This document shows positions 1-8,417 of a stretch of 64,000 bases of DNA, piece by piece. Location of the stretch: positions 59,759-123,758 of IMG/VR virus record IMGVR_UViG_3300025310_000004, one strand, 5' to 3'. The DNA comes from a virus (lineage: Duplodnaviria > Heunggongvirae > Uroviricota > Caudoviricetes). Numbering within the stretch: the first letter of the stretch is position 1; each line of letters opens with the position of its first letter. The notes under the pieces are model-generated. The model worked only from the letters and a program-made list of their open reading frames with translations, searched no databases and was not told where the DNA came from. The translations under genes and the position numbers were made by a program.

Positions 1-163
1 GGCTGCGTGACCTTCTCTACGAGCGTGACGCTGAGATCAGGCGGCTCAAGGAGCAGATCAAGATGGAGCACGCTTGGAAGGCGTCTGAGGTCGAACGCCT
101 CTCTGGGTCGCTCGCTCCATGCGTCTGCCCAACCTGCACGGAGCCGCTGTACGCGGACGTGAC

Positions 164-580
164 ATGAGGTTGCTGGTCTGTGGCTCGCGTGATTGGACCG
201 ACCGTCGCATCTTCGGGATCGTCCTTCGTGGCTTCTTGGATCGCGAGGGCGATGGCTTGGAGATCATCGAGGGCTGTGCTCGTGGCGCTGACGCCATGGC
301 GGAGGAGTTCGCTGAGAGGTTCGGCCTCGTCTGCCACCACTATCCGGCCAAGTGGAACGACTACCCCAAGGCCGAACGCTGGCGCGCTGGGCATGATCGC
401 AACCGTGCGATGCTTGAGCGGGGGAAGCCGGACATGGTGGTTGCCTTCAAGGACACTCTGTCGGACGATCTTCGCCGTGGTGGCACTGAGAACATGGTGC
501 GGATTGCTAAGGAGTCTGGAATCCCCACCATGGTTGTCGGATCAGGACCGTCTCTTGGTCGCCGTCCCAGCAGTCGATGA
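164..580 (+). CDS. DUF2493/SLOG-family (YspA/LOG-like Rossmann) protein
   Basis: ORF 119..580 with internal start MRLLVCGSRDW. The CGSRDW and GCARGAD motifs are typical of the DUF2493 SLOG fold. Confidence 0.5.
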   Translation: MRLLVCGSRDWTDRRIFGIVLRGFLDREGDGLEIIEGCARGADAMAEEFAERFGLVCHHYPAKWNDYPKAERWRAGHDRNRAMLERGKPDMVVAFKDTLSDDLRRGGTENMVRIAKESGIPTMVVGSGPSLGRRPSSR

Positions 581-628
581 CTGACGAACCTGTCCGACAC
601 GGCTAGCGTTAGGGGGTCGGGTTGAGAC

Positions 629-1732
629 GTGAGGATGAAGATGGCCCTGCCCCGCAAGGATGTTCCACCGCGCCAGACCGTGCGACCAGATCGCGCGACT
701 CGTGGTCCGATCCGCAGGACCTCCTCCCCATTCTCATTCGCCACCGACTCGAAGCCTGAGAAGCGCGTGCCGTTCAAGGTCCTAGCCCACGTCCACCTCT
801 ACCCACCGTCCCACAATGCTGGGGCGGAGTGGATGCTTCATGCTCTCCTGAGGTACGGCAAGGAAGTCCGTGGGTGGGACATCCAGGTCATCACCGACCA
901 CCTCCCCGAGCGTTCGGACGAGTGGCAGGGGATCAAGGTTCGCCACGATCGCAACGTTCAGCGCCTCGCGCTCGACTATCGCTTCTGCAACGTCGTCATC
1001 ACCCACCTTGATGCCACCCGCAAGGCGATCGACCTGTCGGCGAGGTCGGGGCGTCCCTTGGTGCACATGATCCATAATGACGCTCAGTTGGCCTATCACC
1101 GAGTCCAGCGACGCAATGCCGCCCTGGTCATCTACAACAGCGAGTGGATCAAGAAGGCTGTGGCCTGGCAGGGTCCTGGTGTCGTCTTGCATCCTCCGAC
1201 TCGGATTGCTGACTACGAAACTGACCCGGTTGGGTCGCACGTTTCGTTGCTCAACCTCTCTGCCGCCAAGGGCGCTTCCACCTTCTACGAAGTGGCGAGG
1301 CGAAATCCAGCGATTGAGTTCTTGGGTGTCCGTGGCTCTTACGGCCACCAAGAGCAACCACCCACCGAACTGCCCAATGTCGAGATCATCGACAACCAGG
1401 CTGATGTGGTTGGCCAGGTCTACAGTCGGACTCGCGTGCTGCTCGTCCCGAGCCACTACGAGTCATGGGGCAGGGTCGCCGTCGAGGCAGCATGTTCTGG
1501 TATCCCATCGATCTGTGCTCCAACCCCTGGGCTGCGTGAGGCTGGCGTCGCTGCCGCCTACGTCGATCCAGATGACACCGCTGAGTGGAACAAGCAACTA
1601 CGCCGACTCATGCGGAGCCAGGGCGCGTGGGAGGAGGCGAGTGGCGTCGCCAAGCAAAGGGCTGTCGAGTTGGACAAGATCGCCGAGGAGCAGTTGGCCG
1701 AAACGGCCGAAGCGATGGAGGCACTCGGATGA
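629..1732 (+). CDS. glycosyltransferase, GT4 family (GT-B fold)
   Basis: 367-aa ORF. The C-terminus VLLVPSHYESWGRVAVEAACSGIPSICAPTPGLRE matches the GT1/GT4 EX7E region. Confidence 0.7.
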   Translation: MRMKMALPRKDVPPRQTVRPDRATRGPIRRTSSPFSFATDSKPEKRVPFKVLAHVHLYPPSHNAGAEWMLHALLRYGKEVRGWDIQVITDHLPERSDEWQGIKVRHDRNVQRLALDYRFCNVVITHLDATRKAIDLSARSGRPLVHMIHNDAQLAYHRVQRRNAALVIYNSEWIKKAVAWQGPGVVLHPPTRIADYETDPVGSHVSLLNLSAAKGASTFYEVARRNPAIEFLGVRGSYGHQEQPPTELPNVEIIDNQADVVGQVYSRTRVLLVPSHYESWGRVAVEAACSGIPSICAPTPGLREAGVAAAYVDPDDTAEWNKQLRRLMRSQGAWEEASGVAKQRAVELDKIAEEQLAETAEAMEALG

Positions 1733-2427
1733 GGAAGGCAGGGCAGTACCTCATCACCGGATGCGGACACCAGGGGACCGGATGGATGGCCCGAGCGATG
1801 AACCTGCTCGGCCACGCCACGGGCCATGAGTGGGTCTACAACTTCCGCGACGAACCTCGTTGGGCGAACCTGCAGGGTGAGAGTTCTTGGCCAGCAGCAG
1901 CCAAGATCACCGAGATGCGCCGACCCATGGCAGTGATGCACCTGACCCGTCACCCCATGGATGTTGTGGCCTCGATCCACAACTCGAACTTCCTGCGATC
2001 GAACTGCACATGCGGGCATGAGCCAGATGCTCACCGAGGTGAGCCGTATGTGCAGTACGTCTTGGCCGAGTTCCCCGACCTGTGGGACATCCAGCCAGAC
2101 GAGGTGCGTGCCACGGCCTGGGTGATCATGTGGAATCGCCTTGTCGAGTCCAACGCCAAGGATCGCTTCTATCGCAAGTTCAAGATCGAGGACGTGTCAT
2201 CGCAGCCATCTGAGTTGGTACGGGCCGCCCTGTTCCTCACTGGCATCGTCCACTCCGAGGAGTTGGCCGTTGAGGTGCAGTCGTTGATCCCGAGCAACTT
2301 CAACACTCACCGACACAACCCCGAACCCATCCTCACGATGGACGATCTTCCGGCTGGGTACTGGCGCGACCAACTCCGACTCCTGATCAACGACTACGGC
2401 TATGGAGACACCGATGGAAGTCAATGA
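1729..2427 (+). CDS. hypothetical protein, weak sulfotransferase-like P-loop (ITGCGHQGTGW)
   Basis: Internal ATG at 1729 forms an ATGA overlap with the upstream stop. Codon usage is coding-like. Similarity is weak. Confidence 0.4.
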   Translation: MRKAGQYLITGCGHQGTGWMARAMNLLGHATGHEWVYNFRDEPRWANLQGESSWPAAAKITEMRRPMAVMHLTRHPMDVVASIHNSNFLRSNCTCGHEPDAHRGEPYVQYVLAEFPDLWDIQPDEVRATAWVIMWNRLVESNAKDRFYRKFKIEDVSSQPSELVRAALFLTGIVHSEELAVEVQSLIPSNFNTHRHNPEPILTMDDLPAGYWRDQLRLLINDYGYGDTDGSQ

Positions 2428-3079
2428 GGTCGCAAGGGCTTGGGAGCAGGCCGCGAAGTCCGACAAGGCGCAGGGCTACATCCACCCTGCAGGCAACCTG
2501 GGCGATGATGCCTACGAGCAGTCGGGGCAGGAGTCTGCCGTCGCTTTGATGTCTGCAGTCTCCCCTTACCTCGGGATGCTCCCAACCGACCCGAAGGTCC
2601 TCGACTTCGGCTGTGGTGACGGCAGGGTGCTCAAGTACGTCGCTCAGGAGTTCACTGACATCTGGGGGGCTGACGCTTCGGCCACCATGCTTGAGCGCCT
2701 TGCCCGTCGCGTGCCAGAGGCCAAGCGCATCCAATCGACGGCAGCAGATGGGGCGATGGATGGCATGGGGTTCAACTTGATCTACTCCTGGGCCGTGTTC
2801 ATCCACCATGACCATTCCGGCGGCCGAGACATGTTGGTGGGGCTCGCCAACGCGGCGGCACCTGGGGCGATCCTGGCCGTCCAGATTCCCTGCTACGAGG
2901 TTGCTCGCGAGCGTGATGGGTGGATCGATGTCACCGTGTGGACCGAGACGCTGATCTACGCAGCGGCCAAGAGGGCTGGGCTGGCGGTTGTCGAGTTGCA
3001 CAAGTGCCCAGGTGAGTTCTCGTATGAGAACGTCGGGGAGAACCACTTCAAGGTTCAGGTGTTTCGCAAGCAGCCTTAG
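2402..3079 (+). CDS. class I SAM-dependent methyltransferase
   Basis: Motif I VLDFGCGDGRVLKYV, followed by an acidic motif II region. Confidence 0.7.
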   Translation: METPMEVNEVARAWEQAAKSDKAQGYIHPAGNLGDDAYEQSGQESAVALMSAVSPYLGMLPTDPKVLDFGCGDGRVLKYVAQEFTDIWGADASATMLERLARRVPEAKRIQSTAADGAMDGMGFNLIYSWAVFIHHDHSGGRDMLVGLANAAAPGAILAVQIPCYEVARERDGWIDVTVWTETLIYAAAKRAGLAVVELHKCPGEFSYENVGENHFKVQVFRKQP

Positions 3080-3332
3080 GGCGTCGATTCCGACGTAGGC
3101 GAGCCTCGCGGCGTCGCTCATCTTGGTCCATGCCGCCCCAGATGCCAAAGCGCTCACCGTTGGACAGCGCTTCGTCCAGGCACTCCATCCGCACCGGGCA
3201 GCGATAGCAGATCGCCTTGGCCTCTCGGGCTAGGGCTAGATTCCGCTCAGGGAAGAAGATGCGTAGTTCTTCCCCTAGGCAAGCAGCCTCATCGCGCCAT
3301 GCGCCCATCGTCTTGGGCCTGCGGGCGGCCAT
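3048..3332 (-). CDS. whiB: WhiB-family (Wbl) transcription factor
   Basis: 94 aa with four Cys (C..x..CYRCPVRMEC) plus GIWGG and a basic C-terminal tail. Confidence 0.8.
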   Translation of the reverse strand: MAARRPKTMGAWRDEAACLGEELRIFFPERNLALAREAKAICYRCPVRMECLDEALSNGERFGIWGGMDQDERRREARLRRNRRPKAACETPEP

Positions 3333-3335
3333 GTC

Positions 3336-3650
3336 TCATTCCTGCGAGCGGCATCGCTTGCACGACCCACTGCACTTCCCGCCCATGGTCTGCACGGGCG
3401 AACGCAAAGCGAGCAACCGATGGAACTGGTTGGTCAACTCGGGCCACACCGCCTCAAGGACTGTCCTGACCACGCAGGTGTCGCACGAACATCCGTAGCC
3501 TTCATAGGCGCTGTCGTACAGCACCATGAGCGCAGCCTTGGCTGCATCTTCGGCGACTGAGAATCGCTGCCAGAAGTCGTCGTCCCACAACTCGTCGCCG
3601 AGCGCCGTGTCGAGTGAAGCGACCTCGCCGTTCTCATCTTGCATGGACAT
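3336..3650 (-). CDS. hypothetical protein (CxC..C cluster)
   Basis: 104-aa ORF with a GAAAGG SD upstream of the ATG. Confidence 0.5.
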   Translation of the reverse strand: MSMQDENGEVASLDTALGDELWDDDFWQRFSVAEDAAKAALMVLYDSAYEGYGCSCDTCVVRTVLEAVWPELTNQFHRLLALRSPVQTMGGKCSGSCKRCRSQE

Positions 3651-3671
3651 GCCTTTCAGCGTACTTGTGGG

Positions 3672-3821
3672 TCAGTCCCACATCGCGGCAGCAGATCGCC
3701 TGTAGCCAGCAGGACAGTCGCAGAGGGCGGAGCCGTTCTTCTCGTCGTACTTCAAGCCCGTCCCGCCACAGTTCTCACACCTGGGTGGCTTGGGCTGGTT
3801 GTCAGCCTTCTTCGTGGCCAT
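3672..3821 (-). CDS. small Zn-ribbon protein (49 aa, MATKKADNQPKPPRCENCGG...CDCPAGY)
   Basis: Hand-translated. GGAGG SD 6 nt upstream. CxxC...CxC pattern. Below the ORF-track size cutoff. Confidence 0.35.
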   Translation of the reverse strand: MATKKADNQPKPPRCENCGGTGLKYDEKNGSALCDCPAGYRRSAAAMWD

Positions 3822-3882
3822 CCTTGCCTCCCGGTGTCGGGCGGCAAGATACTATCGAAACCCTACCAAGGCAAGGAATGTG

Positions 3883-4245
3883 TCAAGAGAGGGCTTCGCT
3901 ATCGTCTGTCCAGCCGGACGCGTCGATTGCGGCCTCGATGATCTCGATGTGCTCGTTGGGTGGAATCGGCACCGCCTCAACGTTGAGCATGAGCCACTTG
4001 AGGGCTTCCCACATGCGGTCTGCTTCGGCGAACAACTCCTGCACATGGTGATGGTCGAGCACCGTCTCCACGACGCGTCGTGCCGCCTCTCCCTCATCCA
4101 TATCGAGGAAGTCGATGCCCGACCCGTCGGGGCGCTCAACGATGATGTCGCCCTCGATGTGGATGGGCGCTTCTCGGCTCTTGGCGAGGTCTTGCAGGGA
4201 AACAGCGATGGCGGCGATGCGGTTGAAGTCGAGCCGCCCCGTCAT
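3883..4245 (-). CDS. hypothetical protein
   Basis: Start MTGRLDFNRI. ATGA overlap with the upstream gene. The longer ORF N-terminus is out-of-frame junk. Confidence 0.5.
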   Translation of the reverse strand: MTGRLDFNRIAAIAVSLQDLAKSREAPIHIEGDIIVERPDGSGIDFLDMDEGEAARRVVETVLDHHHVQELFAEADRMWEALKWLMLNVEAVPIPPNEHIEIIEAAIDASGWTDDSEALS

Positions 4246-4427
4246 GAGCCGCTCCCGACAGGGCGCACCTTGTAGACGGGGGTCTGGGTCACGGTCGTCC
4301 CGTGGACCCTGATCTCCATGCGCTCCTCGATGATCTCGTAGTCGCCATCGGCGAACGAGCCGAGTTGCGCCATGGTGTAGAACCTGTCGAAGTCGATGAT
4401 CTCGATGGGCTTCTTCGTAGTGGCCAT
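4242..4427 (-). CDS. hypothetical small protein (MATTKKPIEIIDFDRFY...)
   Basis: AAGGAG SD before the ATG at 4427. 61 aa. Confidence 0.5.
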   Translation of the reverse strand: MATTKKPIEIIDFDRFYTMAQLGSFADGDYEIIEERMEIRVHGTTVTQTPVYKVRPVGSGS

Positions 4428-4483
4428 GGTGATCTCCTTTCGTTGGCGGAGTTGCCATGATACAACACAGGTGCGACACCGAC

Positions 4484-4505
4484 TGTCGCACCCATCGTGT
4501 AGGGT
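4484..4505 (+). promoter_or_regulatory. conserved phage promoter motif TGTCGCACCC-N6-TAGGGT (copy 1)
   Basis: Motif immediately upstream of the GTG start at 4506/4512. It forms an inverted repeat with GTGCGACA at 4471-4478. Confidence 0.5.
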
Positions 4506-5375
4506 GTGCGCGTGCAAGAAGTCGAGGCAGCAGAGCGGAAGTTGCCCAAGGGCCTGTCCCCCTCCTCGATGGAGATGTACCACCAGTGCCCAAGGCGCTT
4601 CGAGGTCCAGAAGATCGATGGTGGTTACGAGCCATCCGGGTATCCGGCCCTGCTCGGCACCTTCGTGCACCGCATCCTTGAGTTGTTGATGCAGCATCCT
4701 CCCGAGGAGCGCACCATCGAAACGGCCAAGGAGTGCGCCAAGAAGGCATGGCCTGAGACGGATGCCGACCCGGACTTCCAACTCCTGCAGTTGGATGAGG
4801 ATGCCAAGCGCAAGTTCCGTTGGTCAGGCTGGCACTCGGTGGAGAACTACTTCACCATGGAGGACCCGAAGTCAGTCGAGGTCGAAGCAACTGAGCAGTG
4901 GGTGGAGGCTCGGATCAACGGGGTGCTGATGCGCGGCATCATCGACCGTCTCGACCGCAACGACACCGGCCAACTCGTCATCTCTGACTACAAGAACGGC
5001 AAGGTCCCCGGTGAGCGCTATCGAGGCTCCAAGTGGGAGCAGTTGGCCTTCTACGCCGCGGTGGTTCAGGACAACCTCGGGATCACTCCCGTCCAAGGAC
5101 GCCTCATCTTCACCGCCCACGGCGAGGTGCTTGAAACCCCGATCAATGACGCTTCGGTCACCAAGGTCATCACCAAGGTCACCGCCACATGGTCAGACAT
5201 CGAGGCCGACTTCCATGAGCGTGGATTCAGGGCGACGCCCAACAACCTCTGCGGGTGGTGTCCGATCCTTCCGGGGTGCCCCGAAGGGATGGCGCACTGC
5301 TACATGCAGATGAAGAAGGGGCGGCTCAAGCAGACTGCTCCTGGTTACGCCGTCGTTCAGCAGTTGTCACGCTGA
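4506..5375 (+). CDS. Cas4/RecB-family PD-(D/E)xK exonuclease with Fe-S cysteines
   Basis: N-terminal YHQCPRRFE, ISDYKNGK (DxK motif), and C-terminal CGWCPILPGC three-Cys cluster. Confidence 0.75.
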   Translation: MRVQEVEAAERKLPKGLSPSSMEMYHQCPRRFEVQKIDGGYEPSGYPALLGTFVHRILELLMQHPPEERTIETAKECAKKAWPETDADPDFQLLQLDEDAKRKFRWSGWHSVENYFTMEDPKSVEVEATEQWVEARINGVLMRGIIDRLDRNDTGQLVISDYKNGKVPGERYRGSKWEQLAFYAAVVQDNLGITPVQGRLIFTAHGEVLETPINDASVTKVITKVTATWSDIEADFHERGFRATPNNLCGWCPILPGCPEGMAHCYMQMKKGRLKQTAPGYAVVQQLSR

Positions 5376-5476
5376 GCAAACCCATCCCGTCGAGAACGCC
5401 GACGGCGATGTTGGTGACGGCCTCCATCTCGGAGAGGGTCAGCGAGATTGATCCGTTGACCTGAGCCCTCTGTAGA

Positions 5477-6004
5477 TCAGCCCGCATCAGTCCCTTGAAG
5501 GTCATCTCCGTCTCGGTCATGTCGTGCCCCCAACCGTTCGTAGTCGGGGTCACCTGCCCTGATGACCAACCCGATCTCTCGGGCCTTCGCAGGGTGATCC
5601 TCGACCCAGCCATTGCAGAAGTTGCATGCCGGGACCAGATTATCCCTGTTGACCAGGCTGCCGCCGTCTGATCGCTTGCGAAGTTCGTGGATGCCTTCGA
5701 TGCGTCCTCGGCAGTGGCGAGCATCAGCCTCGCCGTAGTGCTCAAGTACCGGACCGATCTCGCAGCCAAACCCAGCCTCGACCAACTGCTTGATGAGGGG
5801 GATGCGGTCGTCCTGCATGACGCGCTGACGCTTCTCTGAGCGCTTCTTCAACTCGGTGCGCTTCAACTCGCCGCCACTCTTGAGGCCAGAACCGGACTGC
5901 AAGCCCTTCTTGGTCTTGAGTGGCGTCTTGCGCTTCGGTGGACCTGACCGCTTCACCAGACAGACTCGCCGTGCGATGCCTTGTGCAGAGCGATGGGCCA
6001 CCAC
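5477..6004 (-). CDS. HNH endonuclease
   Basis: HELRKRSDGGSLVNRDNLVPACNFCNGW HNH motif with a basic N-terminus. The alternative start at 5818 is possible. Confidence 0.65.
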   Translation of the reverse strand: MVAHRSAQGIARRVCLVKRSGPPKRKTPLKTKKGLQSGSGLKSGGELKRTELKKRSEKRQRVMQDDRIPLIKQLVEAGFGCEIGPVLEHYGEADARHCRGRIEGIHELRKRSDGGSLVNRDNLVPACNFCNGWVEDHPAKAREIGLVIRAGDPDYERLGARHDRDGDDLQGTDAG

Positions 6005-6153
6005 CCACGAGGCTTACCCTCGTCGTCGGTTCTCATCTTCCAAGTCTGACCACAGTGCTTGCACCAGCAGCGATCCGACAGGTACTTCATCCCGTAGGCG
6101 TGATCGCAGTCCTTGACTGGCGGCGTAGGCCCATAGGGGCGTCGCCCGCTCAC
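5953..6153 (-). CDS. small Cys/His-rich hypothetical protein
   Basis: 66-aa ORF with CDH..CWCKHC. It overlaps the long HNH start. Confidence 0.3.
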   Translation of the reverse strand: MSGRRPYGPTPPVKDCDHAYGMKYLSDRCWCKHCGQTWKMRTDDEGKPRGWWPIALHKASHGESVW

Positions 6154-6210
6154 GGCCTCAGCACCCTAGGGAACGAGGAAGGGGGTGAGCCGAAGCCCAC
6201 CCCCACTCGA

Positions 6211-6723
6211 TCAGAACGGTTCCTCGTTGGGGTCGTAGTCGGGCTGCGACTGACCACGACGGCTGCCGCCATCGCTGCCACGGCGGCTACCGCCGCCATC
6301 GCCGCCCCGACGACCACCACCACTGCCACGTCGTGACGACTGCTCATGGCCCTCGTCCCTCCGCTCGTTCTTGGTGATGTCGGTGGTTGCCCACCGCAGG
6401 GAGGGGCCGATGTCGTCGGCGACGACATCCACCTTGGAGCGGTTCTCGCCCGTCTCCTTGTCCTCCCAGGTGCGGAACTGCAACCGGCCCTCAACGATGA
6501 CCCGATCGCCCTTCTGGATGGATTCCGCCACGTTCTCCGCGAGGTCACGCCAAGCGGTCACGTCGAAGAAGTGGGCTTCCTCCTGCCACTCGCCATCCTG
6601 CTGCCAGCGCCGGTTGACGGCGAGGCCGAATGAAGCGAGGGCCGCTCCACCGTTGGTGAACCTCAACTCGGGGTCCCGAGTCACGTTCCCAACGAGGACG
6701 ACGCTGTTTCCTGATGCTGCCAT
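6211..6723 (-). CDS. ssb: single-stranded DNA-binding protein
   Basis: OB-fold N-terminus, Gly/Arg-rich linker and acidic tail DYDPNEEPF. Confidence 0.8.
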   Translation of the reverse strand: MAASGNSVVLVGNVTRDPELRFTNGGAALASFGLAVNRRWQQDGEWQEEAHFFDVTAWRDLAENVAESIQKGDRVIVEGRLQFRTWEDKETGENRSKVDVVADDIGPSLRWATTDITKNERRDEGHEQSSRRGSGGGRRGGDGGGSRRGSDGGSRRGQSQPDYDPNEEPF

Positions 6724-6832
6724 GCTTCACACTCCGTGATTGAGTCGCTGTTGCTTAGTCGGTGGCATCACCGTGGCGGCGACGCTAAGCCCGTGGGCAG
6801 AACGTTGTCAAGAGGTGCCACCAACACCTTGG

Positions 6833-7156
6833 TCAGAAGGGGTCGTTGGGGCCAACCTGGGGTGGCTCCACCATGGGTGGCAACGGCCCTTCGTCCAAGA
6901 CCTTCATCTCGACCTCGACATCGCGATCGAATTGCTCGCGTGTCTTGCCGAGGTGGGCGATGGTGTCGTCCACCATCTGCTGCCACCACTCCGACGCTTC
7001 GTTGTAGCCACCCACCAAGGCGGTGTTGATCACCATGATCCCGTAGGGGTGAGCGTTGGCGCGCAGGCAATCGGTGCAGTAGGCGACGCTCATGGGGACG
7101 CCGGGCACAGAAGCGACTCCGACTTCCTCATGTTCGCCGCAGACATCGCATGCCAT
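6833..7156 (-). CDS. Zn-ribbon hypothetical protein (MACDVCGEHEE...CTDC)
   Basis: Internal start at 7156 overlaps the upstream stop (TGATG). Confidence 0.45.
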   Translation of the reverse strand: MACDVCGEHEEVGVASVPGVPMSVAYCTDCLRANAHPYGIMVINTALVGGYNEASEWWQQMVDDTIAHLGKTREQFDRDVEVEMKVLDEGPLPPMVEPPQVGPNDPF

Positions 7157-7560
7157 CAGAAGGGTTCCCCCTGGTTGACCCGATCCAGGGTCAACTGCAC
7201 CCCAGGGTTGTTGGGGTGGTCGGGGTTGATCTGCACCATGGTGATGGATGCCTGCCACTGCTCTCCGCCATCGATCAGGGGGGCAAGACGCTCAGCCACG
7301 GTGCGCGGGACGTGCCCGATCATGCCCTGGTTGCCCAGGGATGGCACATGCACCTCAATGGCGTTGGCGTCGAACTCGTTGTTGGGGTTGCGGATGAGCA
7401 CTGCCGGAAGTGGCTCAGGATCGGTTCCCTGGCCGAACTTCGCTGGCGTCGTCAGGAAGCGCTCAGCCGCGATGTCATTGAGGCGGAAGATGTTACCGGG
7501 GTAGCCCGGCACGAAGGTGACGCCGACCACCTTGGTCTTGAACTGATCGGGCAGAGCCAT
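7156..7560 (-). CDS. HIRAN-domain protein
   Basis: VVGVTFV..., NPNNEFDANAIEV and GHVPRTVAERLAPLIDGG match the HIRAN consensus. Confidence 0.6.
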   Translation of the reverse strand: MALPDQFKTKVVGVTFVPGYPGNIFRLNDIAAERFLTTPAKFGQGTDPEPLPAVLIRNPNNEFDANAIEVHVPSLGNQGMIGHVPRTVAERLAPLIDGGEQWQASITMVQINPDHPNNPGVQLTLDRVNQGEPF

Positions 7561-8291
7561 CAGGACGGCCCCTCGAACCAGGAGTCGATCTCAACGAGGT
7601 CCTCAGGGGTCCACGCGTTGGGGTCGTCGGGGATGTCGTTCGCCCGCAGGAACTTGTCGAGGTCGCGACGATCACGCTCGTTGAGGCCCTCGACCTCCTC
7701 CAACAACTTGTCGAAGTCGATGGGCTTGGTGTCGCCCGACGGCTCGTCCTCCACCACCTCGGCGTCAACGATCGAGTCGTCGCCGGAGTTGATGTCCGTC
7801 TCGTAGCCCCTGGTGTCGGCAGCGGGCTGCACGTCATCGTCGGTGGCATCATGGTCAACGTCGGGACGACCATCGTCGTCGGCGTCACGGCCGCCAGCCT
7901 CGATCTCAAGCGGTGCCGGTCCCGCGGTGAGGGCCTGCCCTGACCCGATGGCCGCCACCTCAGCGTTGCGCTGACGCCACAGCACCAGGGCCTTGAGGTC
8001 CTTGAGGTCGTCGGGGTACCCAGCCTTCTTGAGTGCCCGCCCCAGGGTCTTGGTGCACGCGACGACCCACTCGTCAGGGTCCTTGCGCTTCGGTGCCTCC
8101 TTGTAGGCAACGATCGGCTCCTGACCAGGGATGTGGATGGTGCAGACGCAGAAGTTGCCATCGCCGCCGTACTCGGACGGGATGCCGATGACGGTCCCCT
8201 TCTTCAACTCGAACTCGTGGGTGGCCCGAGGATGGTCCTCAAGCAGCAGCCCCCAACGCAGTCCTGGGCTGGCAAACGTCTCGATGCTCAT
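7560..8291 (-). CDS. hypothetical protein with acidic C-terminal half
   Basis: 243-aa ORF that starts the leftward operon. Confidence 0.55.
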   Translation of the reverse strand: MSIETFASPGLRWGLLLEDHPRATHEFELKKGTVIGIPSEYGGDGNFCVCTIHIPGQEPIVAYKEAPKRKDPDEWVVACTKTLGRALKKAGYPDDLKDLKALVLWRQRNAEVAAIGSGQALTAGPAPLEIEAGGRDADDDGRPDVDHDATDDDVQPAADTRGYETDINSGDDSIVDAEVVEDEPSGDTKPIDFDKLLEEVEGLNERDRRDLDKFLRANDIPDDPNAWTPEDLVEIDSWFEGPS

Positions 8292-8417
8292 AGCGCTCCT
8301 TGTCTGGGCAGGTGAACGGGGTTACTTTAGCAGGGGGGTGTGACACCCCTCCTGAGGCCCCCTGGTCAAGTGGGGCTGGGCTACGCTGTTGTCTGAATCT
8401 GTCGAGAGAGGTGCCGC

